From assembly GCF_009914755.1 (NCBI RefSeq), contig NC_060932.1: a stretch of 64,000 bases of DNA; one strand, written 5' to 3'. The notes below the pieces were generated by a model. That model did not search any database, was not told where the DNA came from, and saw only the letters and a program-made list of their open reading frames with translations. This DNA is from the human T2T-CHM13v2.0 reference genome, Homo sapiens. The stretch's first letter is position 1. Each line of letters opens with the position of its first letter. Of the stretch, positions 40,919 to 64,000 are shown in pieces. The position numbers and the translations under genes were made by a program.

Positions 40919-41205
40919 GACAACCCAATTTCTCTGTGCCTGTTTCCCCAGTAACCAGACAAGGTACACACGTCAGGCAGTGCTGTGCAGGGCTGCAGGC
41001 CTGGTGCAGATTGCCACAGGCTGAGGGCAGCAGGGGAGGCCAGCAGAGCCCAGAAGGCCCAGCTGTGTGTCTGTCTTCTGGTAAGGAAACACAGACAAAA
41101 CATGGGTTGGAATATTTTTTTAAACTACAGTTGTTACATACAGAAAATATCCAAAGAGAACGCAGACCACAAAAGTGACACATAAGTCATTTCCAACAAT
41201 GGTAA

Positions 41206-41530
<325 letters not shown>

Positions 41531-43371
41531 ATTTTTATAAATGAGGGATGTGGTGCTCACCAGGGGGTGGGGATGAGACAAGGGAGGGAGAAGGGTGGGG
41601 CCTGGCTTAGGCTATGCCCCCCACATCTGCGGAGTGTGGACCCCCACGCCCCCATCCTCAGAGAAGACAAAGGAGCAGGTCGGGACGTCAAGATGTCTCA
41701 GGGTCTTGGACACAAGCCGTGTGTTTGGCGGTCCTGTCATGTGTGGCCCACGTTGGCAACGCCACGGGAAGCCCGTGCTCCAGTTCCCGGTGGCCGAGGA
41801 CCCACCGTGGTCCTCCCAGGTGCCTGGCTCCCCCAGGCCATAAGGCTCAGCTGCTGCATGTCATGGTCACAGGGCAGATGCCTGCTGAGTACGCTGGGCC
41901 GCACTTGCAGACTTGAGGCACCCACATCCCACATCTGGAAGGGCCTTGTGTGGACACTGCCCTTGCCCTCAGGCCAGCCCCTCCCATCCTGAACTCCCAC
42001 AGGGCTGGTTGCCCCGGGACTGCGGAGGTGGGGCTGCAGGAGCTCAACCAGCCCCGGGTCTCCTTTCTCCACGTGGCCCCCCAACCTGCAGAGACGTCTG
42101 CCTCCAGGCCCCTGGCGTCCCAGCCTGGCTGTCCCCATGAAGAACAAGCCTCCCACCTTCCCCACCCCAGAGACATGCTGGGGCCTGTCCCTCCGTTGAG
42201 TCAGTCTCTCACACACACAACCAAACAGGTGACAGGGCAAGCCCGCCCCACCCGTGCGCCCCACACCATCACCTTGGACCCAGAAACACTACGCTAGAGG
42301 GCGTCGGGCTTCCAAAGAGATGTAGAGCCATAGCCCAACCCTCTGCGCCTGTGGGTGGAGCATGAGGGAGGACAGCCCCAAAGCGCAGCCCTGAGGTGCC
42401 CAAGTTCACCCTGGTGGTGCCAGAGTCAGAGGCAGCTGCTCCCAAGGATGTGCTGGGGGCTGGGTGGGGTCTTTCTTTGTGGTCAGCAGAAAACCAAACA
42501 TGGGGCCTTCCCATGCCCTTGGTGGCCAGGCCACATCAGCTCTGCAGGAGATAAGGCTCCGGCAGCGAGGCACTCCCAGCAGGCCACACGCCCTGGCCTG
42601 GGAGTAGAAACCCACAGCATTCTCAGAAACAGCTCCAGAAAGTTTCAGCCCGTGAGGGGCAGTGCGGCGGCCCGGGAGGGAAGAGCTGACTGGGAGGGTC
42701 ATGCTGGGCTGTGCCATGGTCAGCCGCCCGGATGATGGCGCTTACATTCTGCCCCCAGTTCCTCTCCATTTCTCAGCCCTCGACCCGTGACCAGCAAAGC
42801 ACAGGACAATGTGGGCCAGGCCCCAGCAGCCAGTGGGGGCGGGTTGGGCTGCTGTGAGGCAAGTTAATGCACCTGACTGGAGCAGAGGAAACCAGTTCTT
42901 TGGTATTGAAGCAACAAAAAGCTATCACGGAAGAGCCACATCTCCTAAGCAAAGGTGGGGGCGTCAAGCTGTATCCTTCCCAGTAGCCCTGGGAGTCCCA
43001 GGGGAAGAAAGGACCAGGGATTACCCCTCCAGGCAGGGTTCCTTCCCATCCTGTTAGGCCAGCCCTGCTCAGCCACCACGGGGCACATCAGGGGGCGGCC
43101 AGGGTGAGGATGGGAAGGACCCACCTCCTCCAGGTGAGAAGCTGGGCTGCCCAACCTCTGACCTCTGCAGCGAGCCCTGAATGCAGGGCCAGCAGCAGGA
43201 CCCCGAGAGCAGCATGGGGGACACACCTCAGACTCTCACCCAGCCAGGCGCCCAAGCACTGACCCAAGCTTTCCACACAGCCTGGGGACGCTGGGCCCTC
43301 AAGGCTGAATCTACAGTAAATAGACTCTTTCTCACTAAAATTGTGTAACTTATCCAAGAGCCTGCAAGGAG

Positions 43372-43713
43372 TTTAATCTTTTTCCTGGGAAGAGACAATT
43401 TCACCCTGCTTTCCGAAAATGCCTGCTGAGCCCTGGTGGCTGAGTCCTGTCTCCCTGGGAGCGGCCGGTTGGCCAGGGCAGCCCCGACCCTACCTGGATC
43501 TTCCTGCCCAAGCCTCAGTCTCAAGACCCCATGACAGAGCGTAGGGGGAGGCAGTGTCTCTGAGTCTTTCCTCGGGGGACGTGTGCGGGCACACAGATGG
43601 GGGCGGGGCAGGCTCTGACCCCCAGGCCAAACCAAAGCCCCCACGCTGTCCATTCACAGCCATGCCTTCCCCTCGAACAAAACAGAAAGTACGAAACAAG
43701 GCTGCCTTTTAAT
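43372..43713 (-). terminator. ZFTRAF1: Candidate ZFTRAF1 poly(A) signals ATTAAA at 43713-43708 and 43377-43372
   Basis: TTTAAT on the plus strand downstream of the stop at 44138. The 43708 site is followed by a U/GU-rich tract (TTGTTTCGTACTTTCTGTTTTGTT). Confidence 0.55.
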
Positions 43714-44137
43714 TGCTATCAGATATTCGGATATCCCGTCTGATGTCAGCAAGGCCCCCGCGCCCCGCCGGAACCCGCAGGGATGGAGCAGCACCGCCGC
43801 CTGACTGCACAGAAGGGCTGGGGCAGGGTCGCTGTGCCTCTCGGCCTCCTTGCTGCCACCGTCTCTTAGCCTCGGGGCGCCTGGTGCACCGTCTCCTCTT
43901 CGGGTCAGCCCAGCCTCTGGCGGCCCTCGGAAGGAGGGGAGGCAGGGGTCGGGGGGGTGAGCCGGAGGCGGGGGCCCCGTCGCGCACGCATGCAGACTTG
44001 CCCTGTGTTGGCTTCGTTTGTTCTCCTCCTTTGCTAAAGTGATCAGATAGTCCTGTGAAGCAGCTGCCAGCCAGGTGGACAGGGCAGCGGTGCTGGGATG
44101 CCGCCCGTGGGCTCCTCGGACATCCTGAGGCCCCGCC

Positions 44138-56414
<12,277 letters not shown>

Positions 56415-56599
56415 AGCGGCCGGCCGGCCCGGCGGGCGGATGCCGGCGCGCTCCCCCGACTAGAAGTTAGGGGCGCCGCGCGCTCCCGCCGCTCTCCTGC
56501 CGCCGCCGCCGCGAACCCGCAGCCCCGCTCCCTGCGCCGCCGCCTCAGTGGGCCCGGCCCGCGCGTAGCCCCACAGCCGCCGCGGCCACCGACCCCGGC

Positions 56600-56800
56600 A
56601 CGGCCGCCATCTTTGTTTTCGCTGTGCGCTTCCCCCCGCCCCGCCGCCACCACCCCCTCGTCTTCCCCGTCACGTGAGCCCCACGCGGGGCCAATGGGAG
56701 CGCCGCTTGGGGCAAGAAAGCGCAGGGACTAGAGCCAATGGGAGAGCGAGGGCCCCCGAAGGCCCGCCCCTGCAGAAGGTGGGCGGGGAGGGGGCGCGGC
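56600..56800 (-). promoter_or_regulatory. ZFTRAF1: ZFTRAF1 CpG-island promoter
   Basis: YY1 CCGCCATCTT at ~56604-56613, E-box GTCACGTGA at 56669-56677, two CCAAT boxes (56691, 56735), GC boxes at ~56763-56790. Confidence 0.82.
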
Positions 56801-57604
56801 CTGCGAGAGTCGCGGAGGGACTCGCACCTGGGGGCAGGGAGGCCCACGCGAGCTGTGGCGCCGGCGCGGCACCCACGCTCCACGAGCCAGTGGCGGCCGC
56901 CGACCCCTACGGCGGGGTGTGCCTGTGTCTTTGTCCCCCAAGACTCAGGCTTGTGTTAGGGGCTCTCGCCCCCTTCCCCGCAGGGGAAGGACACAAGTGA
57001 AAAATCCCGCCGGCCACCCCTCTCTGTCGGGTGCGGGACCCCTTAGGTCTCCACAGGAGCAAGCGGAGAGACTTCCAGGAGAGGGGACTCCAGACCCCTA
57101 ACCCACCGGAATCTAATCCTCTGCTCGTCCGAACCCCCTCTAACCCTGGGGTTGGAGACTGAAGGGGTCCACTGAGGAAAACGAAGGTATTAGGGAATAG
57201 GGCTGGCTTCCACAGGCCGGAGGTACACAGGAGGGCGAATCAGCTCTGGGAAGGATGTGCGTTTCTCGAAACGCCTGTGGTACAGCCCTCCCCTGCCTCC
57301 ACCCTACTCTTCAGTTCTTGAAGGTCACTGCCCCAGAGGGCCACCTGCCAGGCCAGGCCAGGATATCTGGAACTCCACCATGTCCCTGGAGAGTAAGGGC
57401 CCAGGGCTATGTCTTCTCAGCCCAGGGGTCTTCCTGACAATAGTCAAAAGGAGGCCGGGCTGCATGAGACCCCATCCTAGTTCCAGCACATACCCTGTCA
57501 GGGTAACTGACTACTGTCCTGAGGGGCCTTAGGAAGCTCACTGAAAGATCCCTCAATCCCTCTCAAAAATGGGCAGTTTTCATATTCCTGCAAAATTCCT
57601 AAGA

Positions 57605-57610
57605 TTTATT
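57605..57610 (-). terminator. TMEM276: TMEM276 poly(A) signal AATAAA
   Basis: TTTATT on the plus strand ~280 nt after the stop codon. Confidence 0.82.
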
Positions 57611-57886
57611 GGAGACTAGGCCTCTTCTCTGGATCCACAACCGTGTCCAGCCCAGAATCAGGACCCCCAAACGTGTCTGGGACCCTGTCCCTTTCATTCT
57701 GGTCTAGACAAGTCCCCACACGTGGCCAAAGGACAGCACCCAGACTCTGCCCCTGACCAGTCAATGTGCAGCAAACCCACTTCAGTAGGCAGAAGAGTCT
57801 ACCCCTAGGGAGAAGGCGCCAGGAGCAGGCAGGTGGGAGGGAAAGTGTTCGGCAGGGCAGAAACCCTGCCTGGCTGTATCCAACTG

Positions 57887-58657
57887 TCACTCCCACTGGA
57901 GGCGCTGTGTATGCAGGGCCCGGCAGTAAGCCCAGCTGCCTACAGCCAAGGCCCAGCGACAGACATCCTCCTTCGGTAGCAGCAGCAGCCTGTCCTCCTC
58001 CAGCCGGCTCAGGAGGCCTGCCACACCCAGCATCGCCCCCCCCCACATCCCATAAGTGTTGGCCGTGAAGACAGCTACAATGAGGATGGTCACTGCGACC
58101 ACCAACAGCATTGCCTGACCAGCCACAGAGCGGCCCTCAGGGCCGAGGTGGCCGCCAGCCACTGCCAGCACCATGCCTCCTCCCAGGAGCAGGTTGGCAG
58201 AGGAGCGGTCCCCATTCACCCAGTGGAAATCGAAGGCCAGAAGGGGAAGGCCGATGACGGTGGCCACCCAGGCTCCAGCAAGGCAGTCTTCATGTGTGCT
58301 CAGCCCTGGGGCCAGCGTGGTGGTGGCAGCCAAGACCTGGAGCAGGAAGCCAGCAGCAGCCCCTCGACTTGCCTGTCAACACAGGGAAGGGAGAACACGT
58401 GGGAAAAAGAGGCCGGGGTCACCCTTTTAAACAGGAAAGGGTTTGGGGCTTCCATGGAGACCTGGTCTTAGACGCACTTCCCACCAACCTCTAATTCAGG
58501 AAACTAGGTCCTTGGGGTTTGGGAGGTATGGGGATGCGCCCCTGCTCAGCCCCAGTGTACTCACCTCGGCTGTGCTCACGGCTGCGTGCAGAGACACCAC
58601 TCCCAGCACCAGATGGGACAGGGCTGTGCTCCACTCGGCCCCCGGCTTGGGGGCCAT
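57887..58657 (-). CDS. TMEM276: Transmembrane protein 276 (former short CYHR1 isoform), 2 coding exons, 192 aa
   Basis: Exons 58657-58565 (GCCATGG; MAPKPGAEWSTALSHLVLGVVSLHAAVSTAE) and 58372-57887. Multiple hydrophobic segments. Upstream acceptor at 58854-58853 and a probable non-coding first-exon donor near 59165. Confidence 0.92.
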
Positions 58658-59269
58658 GGCACCTCAGGCGGCAGTATGTATGAGGACACAGATAGGAGAT
58701 ACTCAACTTTGGAGAGGAAGAAAGCGCAGAAGCCAGCGACCTGGAGCCCTACGCGCGGCACTCTAGTACGCCCAGGTTCCAGGTCCCCATTACTGGATGT
58801 TAGGAGAAGTTCAGTCCTAGACTTTCCGGATCCCTGAGGCCACTGCACACACCTGTGGAGAAGAAGAACCTAATTCAGCCGGGAAACGGGGGAAAACGAC
58901 TCAGGGTCTAAGCTGGGGGGAACGTCAGCCCTGGGGCCCTGGAGCCCAAGTGGGAGTGCGGGCCTGGGGAAGAGAGAGCGGCGAGGCGCTGCAGGCCCAC
59001 GCGGCGGCCTCGGCCTGCTCCCTGCGTTCCGGGAGGCGTTGTCCTGGGAACCCGGGTCCAGGAGGAGCGACGGCGCAGGACTCCGGGAGGCCAGCCGTGC
59101 GCAGTTACCGGGCTGCGCGGTCCCAACGCAGCGGCGAGCGGGAGGCCCGAGCCTGCGCAACGCACCGCCCACCGCCGTCGGCCCTGCCTCCTCTGCCGTG
59201 CCTCCAGTTGCGGGAGCGAGCGCGGTCGGGAACCTCCACCAGCGAGAGGAGCGGAGGCTAGAGCGGCCG

Positions 59270-60160
59270 GGCGGGGCTAGAGCGGCTGGGGGGGGAGGGT
59301 CGAGGCCTGGGGGAGAGGGTCGAGACCTGGGGGGGGCCGGTTGGAGGCCGTAGGAGCGGGTGGGGTCGGGAGGAGCTCGGGGACCAGAAAACGCTCTGTT
59401 TGGGTGGGTGCGTGCGTGGGCATAGTGGTTTGGAAGGAGCGTGATGAGGGGAGAAGGGCCGGGGCGGGGCTGCGAGGGGCGGGGTCTGGGCGGGGCTGCG
59501 AGGGGCGGGGGGTCTGGGCGGGGCTGAGGGAGATAAGGTTTAGGCGGGGCTGAGAGCGGCGGGTCTGAGAGGGAGGGGGCCTGGGTGGGGCGGGGCCTGG
59601 GCGAGGATGCGATGGGGGGGTCTGGGCGTGGCTGCGAGGGGCGGGGCCTGGGCGGGGCTGCGAGGAGAGGGGTCTGGGCGAGACTGAGAGGGACCGAGAG
59701 GGGAGGAGCCTGGGCGAGGCTGCAAGGAACGGGGTTTGGGCGGGGCTGCGAGGAGGGGGGGTCTGGGCGGGGCTGAGATGGGCGGGGCTGTAGGGAGAGG
59801 AAGGAGAACCCCGGCGTGTTGAAGGCTCCGCGAAACCGGAGCGGTGGGGGACTACGCGGAGGGTGGGAGGGATTCCGAGAGGAGGGTCGCGGGAGCCGTG
59901 GGCGCTCTCAGCCCGGTGTCCGCGGTGTAGGGGTTGGGGCGCGCCGGGCGGCGCCGTGAGAAACGGCGGGTCTCCAGGTGCGGCCGCGGGCACCTGTTTC
60001 TAGTACCCCCGTCCCCGCGCTCGCCTTCCAGCCGTGGGAGCCGGGCCGTGGGGGCGGCCGTCGCGAGCATGCGCACCGGCACTGCGGCGGGCGGGCGCCG
60101 AGTCTGGGCGCGGGGACGCGGGGCGGCGCGAAGCGGGGCCCTCTGCCGCCCCGCGCTCCC
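59270..60160. promoter_or_regulatory. Bidirectional CpG-island promoter TMEM276/KIFC2 with a GC-box tandem array (59460-59790)
   Basis: Divergent genes. Repeated GGGCGGGGCTGCGAGGGGCGGGGTCT units. NRF1-like GCATGCGCA at ~60067. Confidence 0.8.
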
Positions 60161-63100
60161 ATGTACGCCTTTTACTCGTTGCTCATCTACATCTTCTACA
60201 GCCTCTTCCGCAGGGATGGTGGCGCCGCGGCGGCCGCGGAGCCCGGGGACCCCGCCCAGGTGAGCGGGGCTGGCCGTGCAGCCCGTCGTCTCCCGCCGCC
60301 TGCCCCACCCCCACGCCGAGGTTCCCGGGGCGGGGGCGGGCACGGGGCGCGGGGCGACGGGGCCGTGCCGAGGACCCTCGGCTCGGCCCCGATGCTGGAA
60401 GCGTAGACTTCGGCCCCAATCCTCCGGCCCGGTTCGCGGAGGGAAGGGGCCAGCAGGCTGCCTGCCCTCCTCCTCAGGGGCGCCCCTGCCCCCTCCCTAG
60501 AGAGCCCGCAAGCCCCGGGGTCGCCGGCGCCCAGACCTGCCCGCGCCAGAGCTGTGGACCGAGCTGAGCGGCCTGGCCGGTAGGTGCGGGCTGGGAGTCC
60601 CGCGGTGCGAGGGCGGTGCCGGGACCTCCCAGGGAGGGGCGGAGGCCTGGCTCCAGCACGTGACCCGAAATGTCTCCCGCCCTCCTCCCTGACCGGCAGC
60701 CAGCTCCGAGCCTGAGGATGGGTCGGAAGGCGCAGCCGAGGGTCGCGCGGCCGCGGTGTCCCTGGAAGAGGCCCTACTGCGCCTCGCCGAGTTCCTCTCC
60801 GTCCAGCTGGGGGCGGAAGAGAGCTGCGGGGGCCCGGCGGACCTGGGCCAGGTGAGCGCGGCGGAGGGGGCTGCTGGCAGGTACCACCTGCCCCGGCCTT
60901 CCTGGCTTTCACAGCCCTGCTCGGATTCTTGTCTCCTTCGCAGTCTGGCGAGGTCCCCTCACTGTTGACAGTGACCAGTCAGCTCTTGGCCCTTCTGGCA
61001 TGGCTTCGAAGCCCCAGGGGGAGGCAGGCCCTGCTCCAGGGGACTCAGCCAGCCCCTCGGGTCCGGCCCCCCTCTCCAGATGGTGAGTAAAGGACAGTAA
61101 GTTGAAGAAGAACTCTGGAGGGAGCAAATCCCGGTAGAACCTGGGCGGCCTGGAGTTCGGGGTCATGTTTCGGAAGATTTGGACTAGAGACCTCTTCAGT
61201 GCTAACTGGGCCCACCCTACTCCAGGATCCACATCCCAAGAAGAAAGCCCTTCCCACTTCACCGCAGTCCCAGGCGAGCCACTGGGGGATGAGACCCAGG
61301 GACAGCAGCCCCTCCAGTTGGAGGAGGATCAGAGGGCGTGGCAGCGGCTGGAGCAGCTCATCCTGGGACAGGTGAGGTCCCTGGAGCCAGAAGGGATTGC
61401 CGGCTGGGACGCCAGAAAAAGGAGGTCCACCCTGTCTCTCTTACTTCTCCCCAGCTGGAGGAGCTGAAGCAGCAGCTGGAACAGCAGGAGGAGGAGTTGG
61501 GTCGACTGCGCCTGGGCGTGGTGAGGCTGCAGGGAGACCTGGCAGGGCCGGGCATGGAGGGGGTGCTTCAGGTGAGTGCCGAGGTTTCCTCTCCACCAGG
61601 GGGCGACGGACTCAGAGAAAAGGGTTCAGCATCTGACTCTGGAGAACGAGGCCCTGAAGCAGAGCCTGAGTCTCATGCGGGACCTCCTGCTGCACTGGGG
61701 CCCCGGGCCCCCCATCAGGGCTCCGCAGGTACTCTGCTCCCGAGCTGCAGCCGTTCCTGCAGCCTGGGGCTCTTGCACACCTGGCATGCAGCCACAGGGC
61801 CCGAGCCTCCTCAGGACCTCCCGGGATGGTCTGTGTAGGGCAGCCCCATCAGGGAGGCTGATGCCAATGGGAAGACCCCCCTCTCCGTGGCCCCTCTGAG
61901 TGGCTGACCCCAGGAGAGCAGAGGGACTGTGGGAAGGAGGTCTGCGTGGAGCTGGGAGGCATGGGTTCACAGCCAGCTCTGCCCACCTCTTGACTTGACT
62001 TTCCCATCTGTGAAATGGTACCACAGACCGTCCCTCTCTGAGTCCCTCCTGGCCCCCACCCTCCCGCAGGAGGAGGCGGAGGCATTGCTAGAGCTCCAGG
62101 GCCGGCTTCAGGAGGCCCAAGACACCACAGAAGCCCTCCGAGCCCAGGTGGGCATGGGGCCCAGGGATCCATGGCTCAGGGGTGAGGCGGGCTGGGGTTT
62201 TGGGAGGGGCTTATCTGAGGCAGGGCCTGGTAAGTGCCTGTTTCCTCAGTGACAGGGGTGGGGTTGGGCGGGGCAGCTGGGGGTGCAGGAGGTGCAGCTG
62301 CAGGGCCTTCAAGGGGCCCTCCAGCAGCTCCAGCAGGAGACGGAGCAGAACTGCAGGCGTGAGCTACAGCAGATGCATGGGCAGCTGGCAGGTAAGGGTT
62401 GGGGTTGGGGCTCATGGGAGGCCCTGGAGGCTGGGCCTTCCCTTCCAACAGACTTCCCTCTCCAGGACTTCGGGCACGGATGGCCAGCCTGCGTCAGGGC
62501 TGCGGGGACCTCCGAGGTTTGGTCAGCACCTTTACCCAGAGCTGTCAGGGTTCGCTGAGTGAGGCCCGGGGCCAGGTCAGGACCCCTCCCCGCCTAGCCC
62601 CTCCTCTCTGGGCAGCCTATTCACTGTTCTTTTGACGGGGGCGTTCCTGGGGAGTTGGCTGTACTAATAAGTGGGGCTCTGGAACCCAAACAGCTTCTGT
62701 GTGACCCAGGGTGGGATTCCACTTCTGGGCCTTATTTTAATTCTATGCATACTTGGTTGACAGTAAACTCTTAAAGCATTGCCCAGAAGCACGGAGGAGA
62801 CAGATGATGTGGTGTTCCTGCCTGTCATTCCTGGGCTTTATCCTGGGGTTACTCAATGATGTCCCCAGGGGCCCAGAGCCACTGAAAGTTGTGGCTTAGC
62901 ACAGCTGAGCGGGCCTGTGGGGGCTCCCTGCTGCTCTCAGGACCCTCCCACCCCCCACCTCCGCAGCTCCTTGGCTGACCCCTTGCCTTCTGTACATCCC
63001 TGTTCCCTCAGGTGTCCTGGGCCTTGGGGGCACTGTCATCTGGAGGGCCTGGCACTCAGCTCCCTGAGGGGCAGCAAGGGCCCCCAGCCGGATGCCCAGG

Positions 63101-63388
63101 GCGGCTGCCAGAACTCAAGGGTATGACAGGCTTGGGAGCCTAGCGGGGCAGGGAGGGCGGCTGGAAGAAGTGCAGCTTCTCTGTGCTTTAGGGTCTGCGA
63201 GGCATTATGCTGACCTGATCCCCACTGCAGGAAATATCCGTGTGCTGTGTCGGCTGAGGCCAGGGACATCTTCTAGCCTTGTGAGTGTGGAGCCTGGCCC
63301 AGGGGGCACCGTCACCACCTGCTACCGGGGGCGCCATCGTCGATTCCGCCTAGACTGGGTCTTCCCTCCAGACGCCAGCCAGGAGGAG
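60161..63388 (+). CDS. KIFC2: Kinesin-14 KIFC2, coding exons 1-12 (460 aa); the gene continues beyond the window
   Basis: Exons 60161-60259, 60501-60579, 60700-60851, 60944-61082, 61226-61371, 61455-61520, 61600-61728, 62070-62147, 62277-62391, 62466-62575, 63012-63120, 63231-63388 total 1380 nt. MYAFYSLLIYIFYSLFRR, coiled coil, kinesin-14 neck ELKGNIRVLCRLRP. Confidence 0.96.
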
Positions 63389-64000
63389 GTGACAGCCTGC
63401 CTTTGCAGCCATCCTGACCCTTTTTCAGAGTTCCCTGAAGAGCAGGAGAGGCTCCAGTTTCCCCTTCCCAGTCTGGGTGTCCACCTGGAGGAGAGAGGGT
63501 GGCTGGGCTCTAGCCAGGAAGGAAAGGGAACCGAGGGGGCTGGGAAGCAGGGCAGGCAGCCCAGCTTGGTGCCTCCTCCTCCCAGGCTTCACTGCCTGCC
63601 CACTCCCCTTTGCTGGGGTCCAGGGTCTGCCCAGCTATGAGGGCCCCTCATTGCTTTATGGCCCCAAGGCAGGCGGTGGGTGGTGGGGGCCGTGGGTGAG
63701 GAGGCAACCTTCTAGTCTTAGTGTGCTCTCTCTGCCTTGCCTGGATCCCACTCTCCTTCCCCACCCTTTTCCTGCCAGACACCTGTGGAAAAGCAGGGGC
63801 TTCAGCCCCAGCCCACCCCACTTTCACACACGTTTTCATCTGCACATGCCCTTTGCTGCTACAGCTCCCATAGCTAAGGAGATGGCAGCTCAGAGCCAGG
63901 GGAGACTAGGTAAGGGGCAGAATGGCAGCGACTCCCAACCAGGCTGCCTGCCAGCCTCACAGGGACAGGGGGACGACTGCCCAGCAGGTGGCCAGGGTCA

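Noticed and set aside
57606-58046. 146-aa alternative-frame ORF overlapping the TMEM276 3' end
   Set aside because: Begins at GTG, has no recognisable domain and ends in the poly(A) signal; no support for translation.

Overview
Human, GC-rich and Alu-rich DNA that I recognise from its encoded proteins as the gene-dense distal 8q24.3 cluster. Six genes lie head-to-tail on the minus strand: TMEM276 (192 aa), ZFTRAF1/CYHR1 (404 aa), TONSL (26 exons, 1378 aa), VPS28 (221 aa), SLC39A4/ZIP4 (647 aa) and the 5' end of CPSF1. KIFC2 (first 12 coding exons) runs on the plus strand from a CpG-island promoter shared with TMEM276. I walked every coding exon boundary by hand (GT/GC-AG and phase), and the complete CDSs sum to the expected protein lengths. 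The window also holds two annotated microRNA hairpins (MIR6893, MIR10400), a solo HERV-K (LTR5-type) LTR inside an Alu, about 30 Alu pieces and older L1/MLT fragments. I see no evidence for a new multi-gene system; most long ORFs in the track are GC-rich shadows or Alu-derived. The best leads are cis-level: (1) a ~600-bp intronic array of CRE-like sites in ZFTRAF1 that looks like a CpG-decayed TGACGTCA minisatellite; (2) an AluY that inserted at, and duplicated, the TONSL poly(A) signal about 250 bp from the VPS28 promoter; (3) a KIFC2 3' splice site with a G-quadruplex in place of a pyrimidine tract, competing with an in-frame poison acceptor; (4) a duplicated exon end and 5' splice site in TONSL intron 19; (5) the TMEM276-ZFTRAF1 chimeric splice, a strong uORF and an intronic poly(A) site in ZFTRAF1. 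Gene names, miRNA names and reference alleles are from memory, not database look-ups.
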